From NCBI RefSeq assembly GCF_006345805.1, contig NC_042999.1, positions 115,878,001 through 115,942,000 of the forward strand: a DNA stretch of 64,000 nt, written 5' to 3'. The translations under genes were made by a program, and so were the position numbers. Below, one piece after another: positions 41,617-54,443 of this stretch. The notes under the pieces are model-generated. The model was not told the DNA's origin. It made no database searches and saw only the letters and a list, made by a program, of their open reading frames with translations. The stretch comes from Octopus sinensis (Eukaryota). The number at the start of each line of letters is the position of its first letter. Position 1 is the stretch's first letter.

Positions 41617-42230
41617 CAAAAATAAATAGAATAAGGCTCCGAAGTTGTAGAAATTTTGTCAGACTAAAATCTTGTGGTATTTAGATTTTTACGTATCCAT
41701 TCTGAGATCAAGACCCACTGTGATTGATTTTGTCTTTAATCATTCTAGGACTGATAAAATAAGTTTTAGGCATATATTTGCACGTATTCAATTGCTCTAC
41801 CATCATCCTCCACATTGTCTAGCTATATAAGAAATCGTTATTTATATATAGATTGAAAGTTCTCAAACACTTAATGAATTGATTCATTAGCAAATTTGCT
41901 TTCTTATACTTTAGAAAGATTTTCCTATTCGCCAGCAGCTCTGCAGGTATACTTTAGAACTGTGGAAATGGATTTTGTCTATTTTGATTGAGTGGCGAGA
42001 AAATGGCTATAACTTCTTTCAAAAGCATTATGTTAGTTTCATTTTTAGTTCAGTGACATTGTCCTTCTTTCTTTTTGATTCCGATAATGTATCATTAACT
42101 AACAAGTTTGATTCTATTGCTTTTATTTTCAAGAAACAATGTATTTATAATTTAGATAAAAAAAAAATCTTCTTACTTTGTGATGGAATGCAATCAGCTG
42201 AATAGATCTCCAATACTTAGCGGGTACCTA

Positions 42231-42606
42231 TTTTTTATTCTACTCTAGGCACAAGGCCCGAAATTTCGGGGGAGGGGGCCAGTCGCTTAGATCGACCCCA
42301 GTTCGCAACTAGTACTTAATTTATCGACCCCGAAAGGATGAAAGGCAAAGTCGACCTCGGCAGAATTTGAACTCAGAATGTAACGGCAGACGAAATACCT
42401 ATTTCTTTACTACCCACAATGGGCTAAACACATAGAGGGGACAAACAAGGACAGACAAACGGATTAAGTCGATTACATCGACCCCTGTGCGTAGCTGGTA
42501 CTTATTTAATCGACCCCGAAAGGATGAAAGGCAAAGTCGACCTCGGCGGAATTTGAACTCAGAACGTAACGGCAGACGAAATACGGCTAGGCATTTCGCC
42601 CGGCGG
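42231..42606 (-). mobile_element. Two adjacent young family A SINEs with different 3' tails
   Basis: Both bodies are close to the family consensus; the tails differ. Confidence 0.85.
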
Positions 42607-45467
42607 ATGCCTATTTTATCAACTCCAGAGTAATGACGAAAATCGAAGTTGACATCAGCAGATTTCGAACTCATAACGTAGTCAGACGATATTCAATTCA
42701 TGTTTTTGCTATAAACACCATCAGCGTAAATAAATAAATAGATAAATAAATAAGCATATATGCGTTCCTCTTCAAGGATTTTTTTTCAAGCTGAAGATTT
42801 GATAACAATTCAAGGATTGAAAAATAAAGGATCTTCCTTCTCAATCAAAGTCTCTTTGCTGAACCAACAAAACTTCTCACTCAGTTTGAAAGAAGTGACA
42901 GACAACTTACGTCCTACAGTATAAAAAAAAAGGACGCCCTGGCAAATAATTTAATCGCTATTTCAGTAAAACAAAAAGACGGCGTGGGTACGGGTGGAAC
43001 GCTTTGTTTTAATGACTAAGAGAAAGGAGAAAAGCAGACTTGATAGGTGAAAAGGATGGAGTTATCCTCAGATCGGAGAGCTCTGGCCTAAAGAGTGGAC
43101 TTCATTAAAGGCATCCAAAGGCCTGATTATGGAGTTAAACCGTGAAACGGACACAATCTACAATTAAGAACAGAAATAATCTCTCCCACTGGCTTCTAAA
43201 CAGTTTTCGTCTACCAGATTCCATTAAGAAATCGTTGATCCGTGGCTATGATGAAAAGGAAATTAACCAATGTGCTGCGTAGCGGAACCGAATACGAAAC
43301 AACGAAGTTACGAAGCAAGCTTCTTAACCAAGAGATTAGTGTGAGACCAAGCCACAACAATACCAGCAAACCAATTAATCTGTTAAAAAAACAAGGCACG
43401 TGAAGTGGTAATTAATTTATCAACCAGACCAAGTCCTCTTACGCGGGATTTAAACTCAGAGCATCGAACAAAACGGCAACTTATTTTACCCGACGCACTC
43501 AGGACTCTGCCAACTCTTTTGTATGTGGATATTTGGCAAATGTAATATATTGTTAGAGATACAGGCTGATTCAGTAAAATGTCTTCTTATCCAGTTCACA
43601 AATCTTTAGTTAGGCATCAGACTGTGGTACAGCTAGTTCATCGCTTGTAAGTATTATTATTGGGGAACTTCATAGCTAACGAGTACGTCGTTAGCTTTCG
43701 CTGTTGATAGAATCTCTATGAGACTGGAAGAAACAGATGCATATTGCGCGACTTGAAGAATGGGGAGCACAATGTAGGGCTGGTAGAAGGAAAGCATATT
43801 ATTGTATTGGGAGATGTGGAGACAAATTTAGAGCTGAGAGAAAAGGGCACACTTTGTAGGACCGGGTGAAGGGACGCATATTCAAGGACTATGAGGAAGG
43901 GAAATACATTGTAAGGCTCGGTGAAGGAGAGAAGATTGGGGATGGCTGGAGATTTATCAGGCTGACTGCATACTAATAAACTTTTTGGTAGTTTCCTCAT
44001 GGACTTTGAGACTCCATATTATCTGATACAGCGTGAAAATTATTACTCGGTCTCTTATTGATTATTTTGTTTAAAGCATTCTAACTATTGAATTATATTT
44101 TTCGATCTTATTTATTTATTGCTGATATTGTAATTTTAATGCAGGGAAACTCGTGTGTTATTTTATATTTCCTTGGTTGGAAAAGAATTTACTCGTGTAG
44201 AACGTGAGTGGCTCTGTGAGATGAGACTTTGAGACCTTTATTGAGACATTTAATAATGCTCACGCACAAATATTTGTTTAATGAATACTTAATGCTTCAC
44301 AGGATATTCGACATCTCTATCAATTAGAATTTCCTAACAAAGTGAACCTGATGATTATATTTTGTAAATGGAATTTTAAAAAGATGCAGTGGTGAAGAAG
44401 ACGAGAAGGTTGTGTTGTGTTATGAGCTGTTAAATTATTTGACGTGAACCATTACAAATGTTGCCAAATCGAAAATTTATTCGATGATATGTATAATAAT
44501 AAACTTTTAGATGTCTTTTATGCAAGTTAATTATAATTTTTCAACGGTACTTTTCAGCTGAATTGAAGAGAGTGATGACTGGAGGAATTTGTAGAAAAGA
44601 TTGTTAAAAGAGCACGAATTGTAAGGCTGGGAGAAAGGAGAGAATGTTGTTGTGTTGGGAAAGTGGGGCATACATTTGAGAGCTATTATAAGACCCGGTG
44701 AAGAAGCGCACACAGGTGCACAGGAAGAATGGTTACACATTGTAAGATTGAGAGAAGGGGTGCAGATCGTAACGCTGAGAGAAATGGTGTCCTTCGTAGG
44801 ACTGGAGGAAAGGAGTACTCTTCGTTGGGTTTGGAGAAGAGACGCACATTACAGAACTAGTAGAAATGTATAATGTGAAGTTTCGATAACTTTCTAATGT
44901 GAAGTTTCACAATTTAGGGGTGATCTAGGACGCTGAATATTCTGTCCAGAGATAACATTTCAAAATCTCATTCCTGTTTCAGATGAAATGAAATATATTC
45001 AGTTCAAATTTACTATCCCTGAAATATTAAGAAACGCAGCTGATTTGAGCTCATGACCAACAGTTCCCAATTCCAACAACTTGTTCAGTTGACCGCTTCA
45101 TCTCTACAATTTATTGATTAATATTTTTTTTCTTATTATTAATTTCTTTTACCAAAATCCAATAGCTCTGGTCTTAATGAAAAAGAAATAAATGTGGCAC
45201 TTTGAATTTCCCTGATCGGTAACTGAGTAAGTGATATAAATTGTTGGCAACTGGGAATCGAAATTATTTTGCAAACACTTGTCAGAAACTTATATTTTTA
45301 GGCATAAAATCTTGTATTTATTTTACTCTTCAAAACAGCTGTAGGTGTCAGAAACCAATTTCCTTTCAATATTTAGTTAAATCCATTGCCTGTTGGTATT
45401 AACATTGCTTTTCGACCTCTTATTGTTGATAGAATAAATAATAGTCCAGTACTGGGATAAACAAAAT

Positions 45468-46092
45468 GGATCTCCGTTGATTTCGGCGATCAGTAGTCAG
45501 TTGTTAAATCAACTGAACTAACTGCTCATGGAATTTTTGAATAAGTGGCTGCGTATTCCACTGACACCTGATGTAATTCTCAAGAGGAATCAGTAGGAAC
45601 CACTGTGAAAGTATGGACCTTTAAAATCCAGGTACAATCCATCCATGGGCTTTCGCCTATTTTCCGTCTACTCAAGTTCATTCACAAGGCTTGGGTTGAC
45701 CCGAAACTATACCAAAAGACAGATGCTTATGATTCTACGCAAAGATATGAACCCTTGGGATGTAACATGACTGAATTAGAAGTTTGATTTTTCAATTGCT
45801 ATCATTAAAGAGCTATGATTTTTCACTGTAAATATTTTAGGCAAGTCTTTTACCATAATTTCGGATCAATCCAAGCTTCATGAGTGAAACTGAGTGGACG
45901 CCCATCAGATGGGCTGTACCTGTAATTTAAAGACCCACCCTTCTCCCTGTGTGTCGCACAGATCCTTCCTGAAAATTATGTTAAAAGTAAACATGACTGC
46001 GAAAGGATGAACCACATACAGGCTACGTGAGTAGGGATAGATGGAATTCAATTGAACTACTGAATATTCATCGTCGAAATCAGCGTAGATCC
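45468..46092. mobile_element. Old GGATCT-ended TIR element with a nested SINE B (about 45650-45780)
   Basis: GGATCTCCGTTGATTTCGGCGAT / ATCGTCGAAATCAGCGTAGATCC; no TSD. Confidence 0.6.
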
Positions 46093-46279
46093 ATTTAGTA
46101 TGGGAGATGTAATCAACTGTGGCCTTATGCCAAGGAAAAAAGCGTTATTTATCTATTCATTTATTTATTTATTTATTGTTAAATTCAACATGTTACTCTC
46201 TACTTTTTCTTCCTACATGTTTCTCAAATCTGTATTCTACAATTTTAGAAATGTCTGCAAATCAAGCTAGCATGTAAAC

Positions 46280-46298
46280 TTTTTCTTTTATATTTCAG
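46280..46298 (+). promoter_or_regulatory. Candidate splice acceptor for the GPCR exon
   Basis: TTTTTCTTTTATATTTCAG, about 210 nt upstream of the ATG. Confidence 0.5.
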
Positions 46299-46511
46299 AA
46301 ACTTTCAAGAGAAAAGTCAAAAGAGAAAAGGACAGATATTGAGTGTTTCCAACATTTTTGATTCACTGTTGCTTTCCAATAAAGAGGAAATACATTGTTC
46401 AGGAAGAAGAGTTAGCTACGAAATAAAGCTCATTCAGAAGTATGAATGGAAGAAACTTCTAATTGATGCACTGCAGTAAATAACATTTAACACATCAAGT
46501 CGATAAACAAG

Positions 46512-47504
46512 ATGAAAGAACATTCAAATTTATCTTCAAATTTTACACTGGTTGATAAACCCAATTTATTCATGCATATTGCCGATACTTTACATATTTA
46601 CGCGTTACCTGTTTTGATTGCTCTTGGAATACCGGGAAATTTACTGTCTTTTATTGTATTCACGTGCAGCACAGTAATGAATAAACTTCCATCAAGTACA
46701 TACATGGCAGCACTCGCTTTATCGGACTCGGGTTTTCTTTCAATTCTCTTGTGCATCTGGCTTCAGAAAATGAACATACATGAATACGTTACACAATTGT
46801 GGTGTCAGTTTATTGTATTTGGTGCGTATATATTTGGCTTTTTGTCCGTGTGGTTTACTGTTCTATTCACAATAGAACGATACAAAGTCGTCTGCTATCC
46901 TTTGAAAGCAACTCAAATATGTACAAAGCGCAGAGCTCGTCTATCAACTCTCATAATATGTGTCTTTCCGGTGTTTCTTTATATGCCCAGCTTTTGGACG
47001 ACTATTGATTATCACGGGCACTGTTCGTATCGCGAAGAACTGTTTGTTCTTCTTACTGTGATAACGTATATGGATACTGCACTTACATTTATTTTGCCTT
47101 TTCTAGCTCTTCTTTTCATGAACCTTCGAATAATTTGGGCTATCCGTGCTGTGAAAAAGCGTATGAACTGGTTACAAGAATCACAGCCGCATGAGAAAAC
47201 ACAAAGTTTGTTATCAAAGACACAAATGAAATTGACCAAATCACTGGTAATTGTTTCAAGTGTTTTTCTAATGATGGTTCTGCCTAGTCACATAACAAGG
47301 TTTTACTCTTTAATATTCACGAATTTCTTATCTTATGACATAATATCATTGCAGACAGCACAACATTTCTTACAAATTCCGTATTATTTAACATTTGGAA
47401 TCAACTTAATTTTATATACCGGAACAAGTTACATGTTTCGTCGAGGTTTCCTGGAAATTTACCGAAATATTAAAGAGAAGATTCAATGTATAATACCAAC
47501 ATGA
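46512..47504 (+). CDS. Class A (rhodopsin-like) peptide-type GPCR, FMRFamide/TRH-receptor-like expansion; single coding exon
   Basis: 330-aa uninterrupted ORF with 7 hydrophobic segments: GIPGN, LALSD, WC, TIERY.VVCYP, ECL2 Cys, FILP, MVLP, GINLILY; N-terminal NLS/NFT sequons. Confidence 0.92.
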   Translation: MKEHSNLSSNFTLVDKPNLFMHIADTLHIYALPVLIALGIPGNLLSFIVFTCSTVMNKLPSSTYMAALALSDSGFLSILLCIWLQKMNIHEYVTQLWCQFIVFGAYIFGFLSVWFTVLFTIERYKVVCYPLKATQICTKRRARLSTLIICVFPVFLYMPSFWTTIDYHGHCSYREELFVLLTVITYMDTALTFILPFLALLFMNLRIIWAIRAVKKRMNWLQESQPHEKTQSLLSKTQMKLTKSLVIVSSVFLMMVLPSHITRFYSLIFTNFLSYDIISLQTAQHFLQIPYYLTFGINLILYTGTSYMFRRGFLEIYRNIKEKIQCIIPT

Positions 47505-47906
47505 TATAATACTACAAACTTCGAATTTCCTTATTATTTTCCTTGCATTCTATAAACGTTTTATTTCCAATCATAAATAACAGAATGATACTTACTTTTA
47601 TATGGATCTCTTTAACAATTATTGGTGTTATGATTAAACTTTTAAAAAAATGTTAACCACCATTTTCAGCAACATATCGTAGTTAAAACAAAGGCTTCAG
47701 TTACACAATTATCCCAAAATTAATAATTATCCATGCAAGTATGTATGTTAATACATGCATGCACACATACATACAGAACAGTATTGTGTATGTTATTGTA
47801 TATATATAATATATATATATATATATATTTAATTAATTAATCTAAGTGTATACTGTGTGTATATATGTCTGTATGCATGTGTGTGTATATTATATAAATA
47901 TAAGTG

Positions 47907-47937
<31 letters not shown>

Positions 47938-47953
47938 CATACATATATATATG

Positions 47954-48012
<59 letters not shown>

Positions 48013-48017
48013 GTATG

Positions 48018-48060
<43 letters not shown>

Positions 48061-48442
48061 ATCTATTGTACCTAAGTTTCTCTAGGTAAGACTGATTTCT
48101 TAGCCATTCGAGTATACAAGTATACATGAAAGAAAGCGAGCTAATAATCAAGCTTCTTCATTTGAAAGAGTAAAGAGCAATATGTGTGTCAATCATAATA
48201 AAAATTATTCGTCAAACGTCTTTCTTTTGGTGATTGGAAGAGAGATGTGTCTCTAGAAATATCAGATTTTTCATTTCATTTAACTGAGAAGAAACATTGT
48301 TGTGATAGTTGCAGTAAAAATTACAGGTCATCAACCAGACTAAAACGTCTCATTCGCTGTGTAGTTCATTAACAAACAATGGTCTAACATCATGCCAGCT
48401 TTCATCTCTCTCTCGTTTTCTTTCTCTCTCTCTCTTTTCTCT

Positions 48443-48479
<37 letters not shown>

Positions 48480-48524
48480 GACACACACACATACATACAC
48501 ACACACACACACAGACCATAGTTC

Positions 48525-48655
48525 GACAAAAAGACACCGATAGAATAAGTACCAGACTTGCATAGGTACGAGTGTCAATGTAGTCGACTAAACTCTTGAA
48601 GGTTGTGCTCCAGCATGGCTGAAGTCCAATGACTGGAATAGAAAGACAAGCAACA
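48525..48655 (+). mobile_element. SINE family B tail fragment
   Basis: CGATAGAATAAGTACC...GCTCCAGCATGGCTGAAGTCCAATGACTG. Confidence 0.7.
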
Positions 48656-48672
48656 GAGTATAAGTACGCATG

Positions 48673-48729
<57 letters not shown>

Positions 48730-48738
48730 GAAATGAGG

Positions 48739-48938
48739 TACTCAGAAATCTGGATGGTTTTATATTTACAGATATTTATTAGTATGTTACATGTTTTTAT
48801 AAATCATATATCATATATTTGACAACTCCACTAGAGTGGACGAAAGCGCTAATATATGATATATGATATATGATTTATAAAAACATGTAACATACTAATA
48901 AATATCTGTAAATATAAAACCATACAGATTTCTGAGTA
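48739..48938 (+). mobile_element. Fold-back element with about 80-bp arms and an HHR-like loop
   Basis: Arms match with 1 mismatch and one 7-nt unit difference; loop TGACAACTCCACTAGAGTGGACGAAAGCGCT. Confidence 0.85.
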
Positions 48939-49170
48939 AATCATTTTCTTCTAATATATAATACCTGTACATCATCTCCAAACCTTCTAATATATTTATA
49001 TATATATAATATGGGTGGCTAATTCGCTATTGTACAGCCTAAAGGCAGAAATGTATACGTCACTAAAGTGACAAAGGGCACTAATTAGCAATACTGGTGC
49101 TAATTAATACATACTTTAGTGACGCATTCATACATACATACATACATACATACATACATACATACATACA

Positions 49171-49204
<34 letters not shown>

Positions 49205-49245
49205 CATACATATATATACATACATACATATATATACATATATAT

Positions 49246-49296
<51 letters not shown>

Positions 49297-49789
49297 GTGT
49301 GTGTGTTTGTTTGCATATATATAGTGAAACGTGTGTGTGTGTTTACATGCATAATGAAACGTGTGTATGTGTATTTACTGTTTTAAATAGAAAAGTCGGT
49401 ATATTTGCATACATGGCAATACTAGCATTCAGAACTTGGATGATTTGATGTCCAGAAATATTTCATCCATGTTATTTTCTTTATAACCGTCCATTTAGAG
49501 AATAGTCAGCTACTATACAGAACATAGATGAGCGAGTAAATATGATCATGGAATGATTGCCCAAGTTTCTGCAGTTGACATCTTATTCTCTTCGTCGCAG
49601 CAGTGTAGTATTGTGTAGTATAGTGTCAATAGCTTCTGAATTTATCACTTGTGATGCCATAGCAACTCTTGACAGTAAGTTCTGTAAATAGACACATATC
49701 ATGATCATAAGCTGCACGAACCTAAAGGTTTTATCCTGAAAATCTTTCACATATTTTATCTAATATCATTTTGTCTTTTACCTTTATCT

Positions 49790-50205
49790 GGTTTCTGTCA
49801 ATGGATTGCCACCATGCTGGGACACCGCTTTGAAGGGTTTTAGTCAAGCTAATTGACCATAGCATAATTTTCTTTTTCCCTAAACTTTAACACTTCTTCT
49901 ATCTGTCTACTTTGCCGAACCCTAAGTTATTGGGGTAAGCAAACCAACAGCGGTCGTCAAGCAATGTGTGGTAACAAGCACAGACACAGACAAACATGCC
50001 AAGATTTGTGTGCATATATATGTGTGTGTGTGTGTGTGTGTGTACACGAGAACTTACATATAGTTTACTCACTCAAATTCACTAAGAAGGATTAGTATGT
50101 GGGAAGAATGTCTAGTAGAAGGCATTTGCGTAAGGTCCGCTAAGTGGGACTGAACCCGAAACAACGTGGTTGCAAAGTGAACCTCTGAATCACACTGCCA
50201 TGTCC
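49790..50205 (-). mobile_element. SINE family B, degenerate full length
   Basis: Reverse match to the tail, body and head. Confidence 0.75.
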
Positions 50206-50232
50206 ATTCCTTATATGAACAATTCAAAGCAT

Positions 50233-50441
50233 AATATTGGATTCAAATTTTGGCACAAGGTCAGCAATTTCGAGAGAGGTGGCAAGTTGACTACATCGAA
50301 CTAAACGCTCGACCGATACTTACTTTATCGACCTCGAAAGAATGAAAGGCAAACTCAACCTCGATGGAATTTGAATGTAAAACTTGAAGACTGATGAAAT
50401 GCCGCTAAGCATTTTGCTCGTCATGTTAACGATTCTGTCAA
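50233..50441 (-). mobile_element. SINE family A, head truncated and fused to the inverted duplication
   Basis: Ends at GATTCTGTCAA, directly before 50442. Confidence 0.8.
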
Positions 50442-51913
50442 CTTCAGTACAAGCATTACTTCTAGTTTGAAAGAGTTGCAGAAACACTTGGGTTTCAGAC
50501 TAAATGCATTGTGGTATTTAGTTACGTCCCTTTACGGTCTGAGTTTATATCGACTTGTTTTTCATTACTGCAAGGTGAATTAAGTACTAGAGTCATATTG
50601 CCGTTGCTAACAATTCTGCTTTATTTCAAAATATTATATTAGATGTATATACAACTCGATGGTGAATTTTTTTCCAGTATTCACTTCTCTGCTATTATAT
50701 ATATTAAAATCACTGAATATTCTAACGATTAATAGTTTGCAGATTTGAATTCTTTTGAAAAGGGTTTTTTCTCCAGAGATGTAGTTCGGTACTTTATGAT
50801 ATTTAGCTTTTACTATGTCCATCACCAGAGTATTGATTTCTTTCATGGGCATAACATCAATATTTACTAGCAATAGATTATAGTGACGATAGAATCAAGC
50901 TCTATATATCATTGATCCCGTGTCAGTCGAAAATAAATGTAAAGCTAACCGCTGCGGGATTCGAACTAAAAAAGTCTCTTAGAAGAACAAAAATAAATAC
51001 ATACACTAATGTAGCTACATCCGGCGCTCTGTGATAGTTCTGCAGCGACAACCTATCAGCTAAATGCTTAAGAGGTCGGTACCGTGTTGTACATGACTAA
51101 GAGAATTAATATTTAATGCTAGCAGAATCCATCTAGCTACTACAGTATATTTTAGCAGTCCTTTGTAAGCGGCGGTGGTGTTGTGGAGCAATTGCAACAT
51201 TTGGTATTTTGTTAGTGTAAATGCAGTGTTATAGATTCCCGCCGTAAACTAGCTTTAAACAGTTATAAACATCTGCTTTAATCCGAATTCAGTTATAAAT
51301 AATCAATTTTAATTAGTTTTCAGATATGTGTAAATGTAAGCTAGCTTCAAAGACGTGTATCTTGTATGCTTTAACGTAACTGTTAACAGTTATATTTGCA
51401 GCCGAACTTCAAACAGTTATAACTGTTCACTGTACGATACCTTGAAGTAAGTATAGTTGTCCGCTGTAAGTGGATTCAGTTATCAATAGCTCCTTTAAAA
51501 TAGTTTCAAACAATTATAACTGTCCCTTGAAAGCTAACTTTAAATCTGTCCACTGTAAACTCGTTTCTATACATACTACATTCACAAAATACAACATACT
51601 GGAGGATGTCACCAAGGTGGGGGCCAGCACTCTGTTCCCAATACATTCATCACGTTGATAGCATTACAACTACTTGACCTGAGGTAGCTGGTAAGCTTAA
51701 CAGCCATTTTGAATTTTTAATCTTTATTCTGAATTTTCTGATGTGGTAGACGTGTCTTACGCCCATGAAATTTTTTAGTAAAATGAAGCCGAGTCAAACT
51801 CCACGATAAATTACTTGAAGATTCGAGAGCGATGGCTGTTATCAAATGCATGTTATTCCAGCCAAATGAGCTGAGATCTCTTTTCGCTTGTTCACTCACT
51901 CACTTGTGTATAT

Positions 51914-52135
51914 GCATGTATGTATGTATGTATGTATGTATGTATGTATGTATGTATGTATGTATGTATGTATGCATGCATGCATGCATGTATGTATGTA
52001 TGCATGCATGCATGTATGTATGCATGCATTCATGCATGCATGCATGTATGTATGTATGTATGTATGTATGTATGTATGTATGTATGTATGTATGTATGTA
52101 TGCATGCATGTTGTATGTATGTATGTACGTATGCA
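51914..52135. repeat. (ATGT)n/(ATGC)n microsatellite
   Basis: Direct reading. Confidence 0.95.
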
Positions 52136-52572
52136 TGTGTGTGTTTGGTTAAACAAACGAGCAATAGTATTCAATATATGAGTTTATATACCCTTCAACC
52201 ACTTTTGTGACTTTCTGCCAATTAAAAAATATACGTGTGTGTATGTGTCTCTGTTTTTGTATGTCTTAATAGTTGAATGTTCTGTGTGCCTTACAAGAAT
52301 AGTTCGACTGCCAGTATTTATAATTGAATAATTACGAATTTTAATTACATGAAACTATTGGTATCGTCCTGACAGAATTCAAATATTAATACAAATTATT
52401 CACCCTCAAATGTTGTGTGGTAACCTAAACTAATAGATATGCAGTGTAGGTGCTCCAATCGATAAGCGACTTGGATCCAAGTTCACAACAGTGGCTGGAG
52501 CTGTAGCTGTAGAAGCCACTTCCCGTTAGGAAGAGATCCGGTTATTTGCAGCCTAACTTCGAGCCCGTAGGC

Positions 52573-52727
52573 GTAATTTAAAGAAGAGGAAAACAAAATC
52601 AAGGCAGGATAAACTTATCAGTTCATTTAAATTAGTTTAATGCTTATTTCGCTTCAGCATTAACCTAATTTAAATGAACTGATACGCTTATCTTGCCATG
52701 ATTTTGCTTTCCTTTTCTTTAAATTAC
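52573..52727. repeat. Inverted repeat, about 72-bp arms, 11-nt loop, abutting (TA)n
   Basis: About 7 mismatches between arms. Confidence 0.85.
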
Positions 52728-52732
52728 ATATG

Positions 52733-52779
<47 letters not shown>

Positions 52780-52827
52780 ATATATATGTATGTATGACAG
52801 GATACATGCATACATACACACACACAC

Positions 52828-52904
<77 letters not shown>

Positions 52905-52907
<3 letters not shown>

Positions 52908-53345
52908 CGGGATATTTTCAGTTTCCATATACCAAATCCACTCACGTGGCTTTAGAAGGACCGGGGCTATAGTAGAAGACACAAGCCCAATGTGTCACGC
53001 AGTGAGGCTGAACTCGAACCATGGAGTTGGGACGCAACCTTCTTTCCACACGACTAATACGCCACTAATCTTATAACATTATCTGAATAATCACGTGTGT
53101 GTATGTGCGTATGCATGCGTGTGTCTATGTGTGTATATGTCTGCTTATGTGTGTTTGCACACGCATGACAATGGTACATTATAGGTGAGTATATTCGACG
53201 GGCTTCTACACAGTTTCCGTCTACTTAAATTCATTCATGAGGCTTGGGTCGATCCGATGCCATGTTAAAGGCTTTTGTCAAAGACATTGCACATATCTCA
53301 GGGACTCTTTGTCGCGAAGCAAATTTATTAACCACTCCTGCGTCA
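52905..53345 (-). mobile_element. Two SINE family B 5' halves (about 52905-53065 and 53190-53345)
   Basis: CAGTTTCC.T.TAC.AAAT.CA.TCA motif, and TATAGTAGAAGACAC in the first. Confidence 0.65.
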
Positions 53346-54225
53346 TAGAGATAGACAGACAGACAGACATCCACCTGCCCAACACAAACGCACGCACTCA
53401 CAAATAAATGCATATCGCATAACTGGATTATCTGATTCATTATTACCATGTGTATATACATTCGTGTGTGTGTGTGTGTGTATTCATGCAAATGAGCGAA
53501 TATGGAAAGAAACTGCTACTCCATCGTTTACGACGACGAAGGTTCCATTTGATCCGATCAACGGAGCAGCCTACCCGTGAATTTAACATATATACATACA
53601 TACATACATACATACATACATACATAATACATACATACATACATACATACATACACACACATACATACATACATACATACATACATACATAATACATACA
53701 TACATACATACATAACATACATACATACATACATACATACACACACACATACATACATACATACATACACACACACATACATACATACATACATACATAC
53801 ATACATACATACATACATACATGCATGCATGCATGCATGCATGCATGCAGGAATGTATCACTTTAGCGGGGATGTTATTACAAATGAGATAAGTTACTGT
53901 ATATATAAATCTGTGAAAAAGAACAGAAAGAATCCCTTGACTTGAACTACTCATTGCTTACCGAATACTCACTGAATCGCTTATTGAATCTTTAAATAAT
54001 TTACATTAGATTCTTAGCTGCTAATATATAATTGTTCAAAAACATGAGTCCATTCTAATCATAGAAATACTCATTGAATCAGCAGTGGTATACCTATCCA
54101 GCCATATCAGAAACACCGTTTCTCAACATGTACTATCATCTTGGCGATGCATATGTAGTCCTTTCTGTTACGGTAAATGCTTATTGTATCTCATATCATA
54201 CAATATCTATCTATCTAAACTATAT

Positions 54226-54443
54226 AATGGTTTCAAATTTTGGCTCAATGCCAGCAATATTAGGGGTGGTGTAAATTGATCATGTCGAGTCTAGTGTTCA
54301 ACTGGTACATATTTTATCGGTCTCGAAAGGAGGAACGGCAAAGTCGATCTCAGTGGAATTTGAATTCAGGGCATAAAGAGTTATAAGAAAATGCTGCTTA
54401 AACATTTTGCCCGACGCGCTAACTATTCTACCAGCTCGCCGCC
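54226..54443 (-). mobile_element. SINE family A
   Basis: Full body in reverse. Confidence 0.8.
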
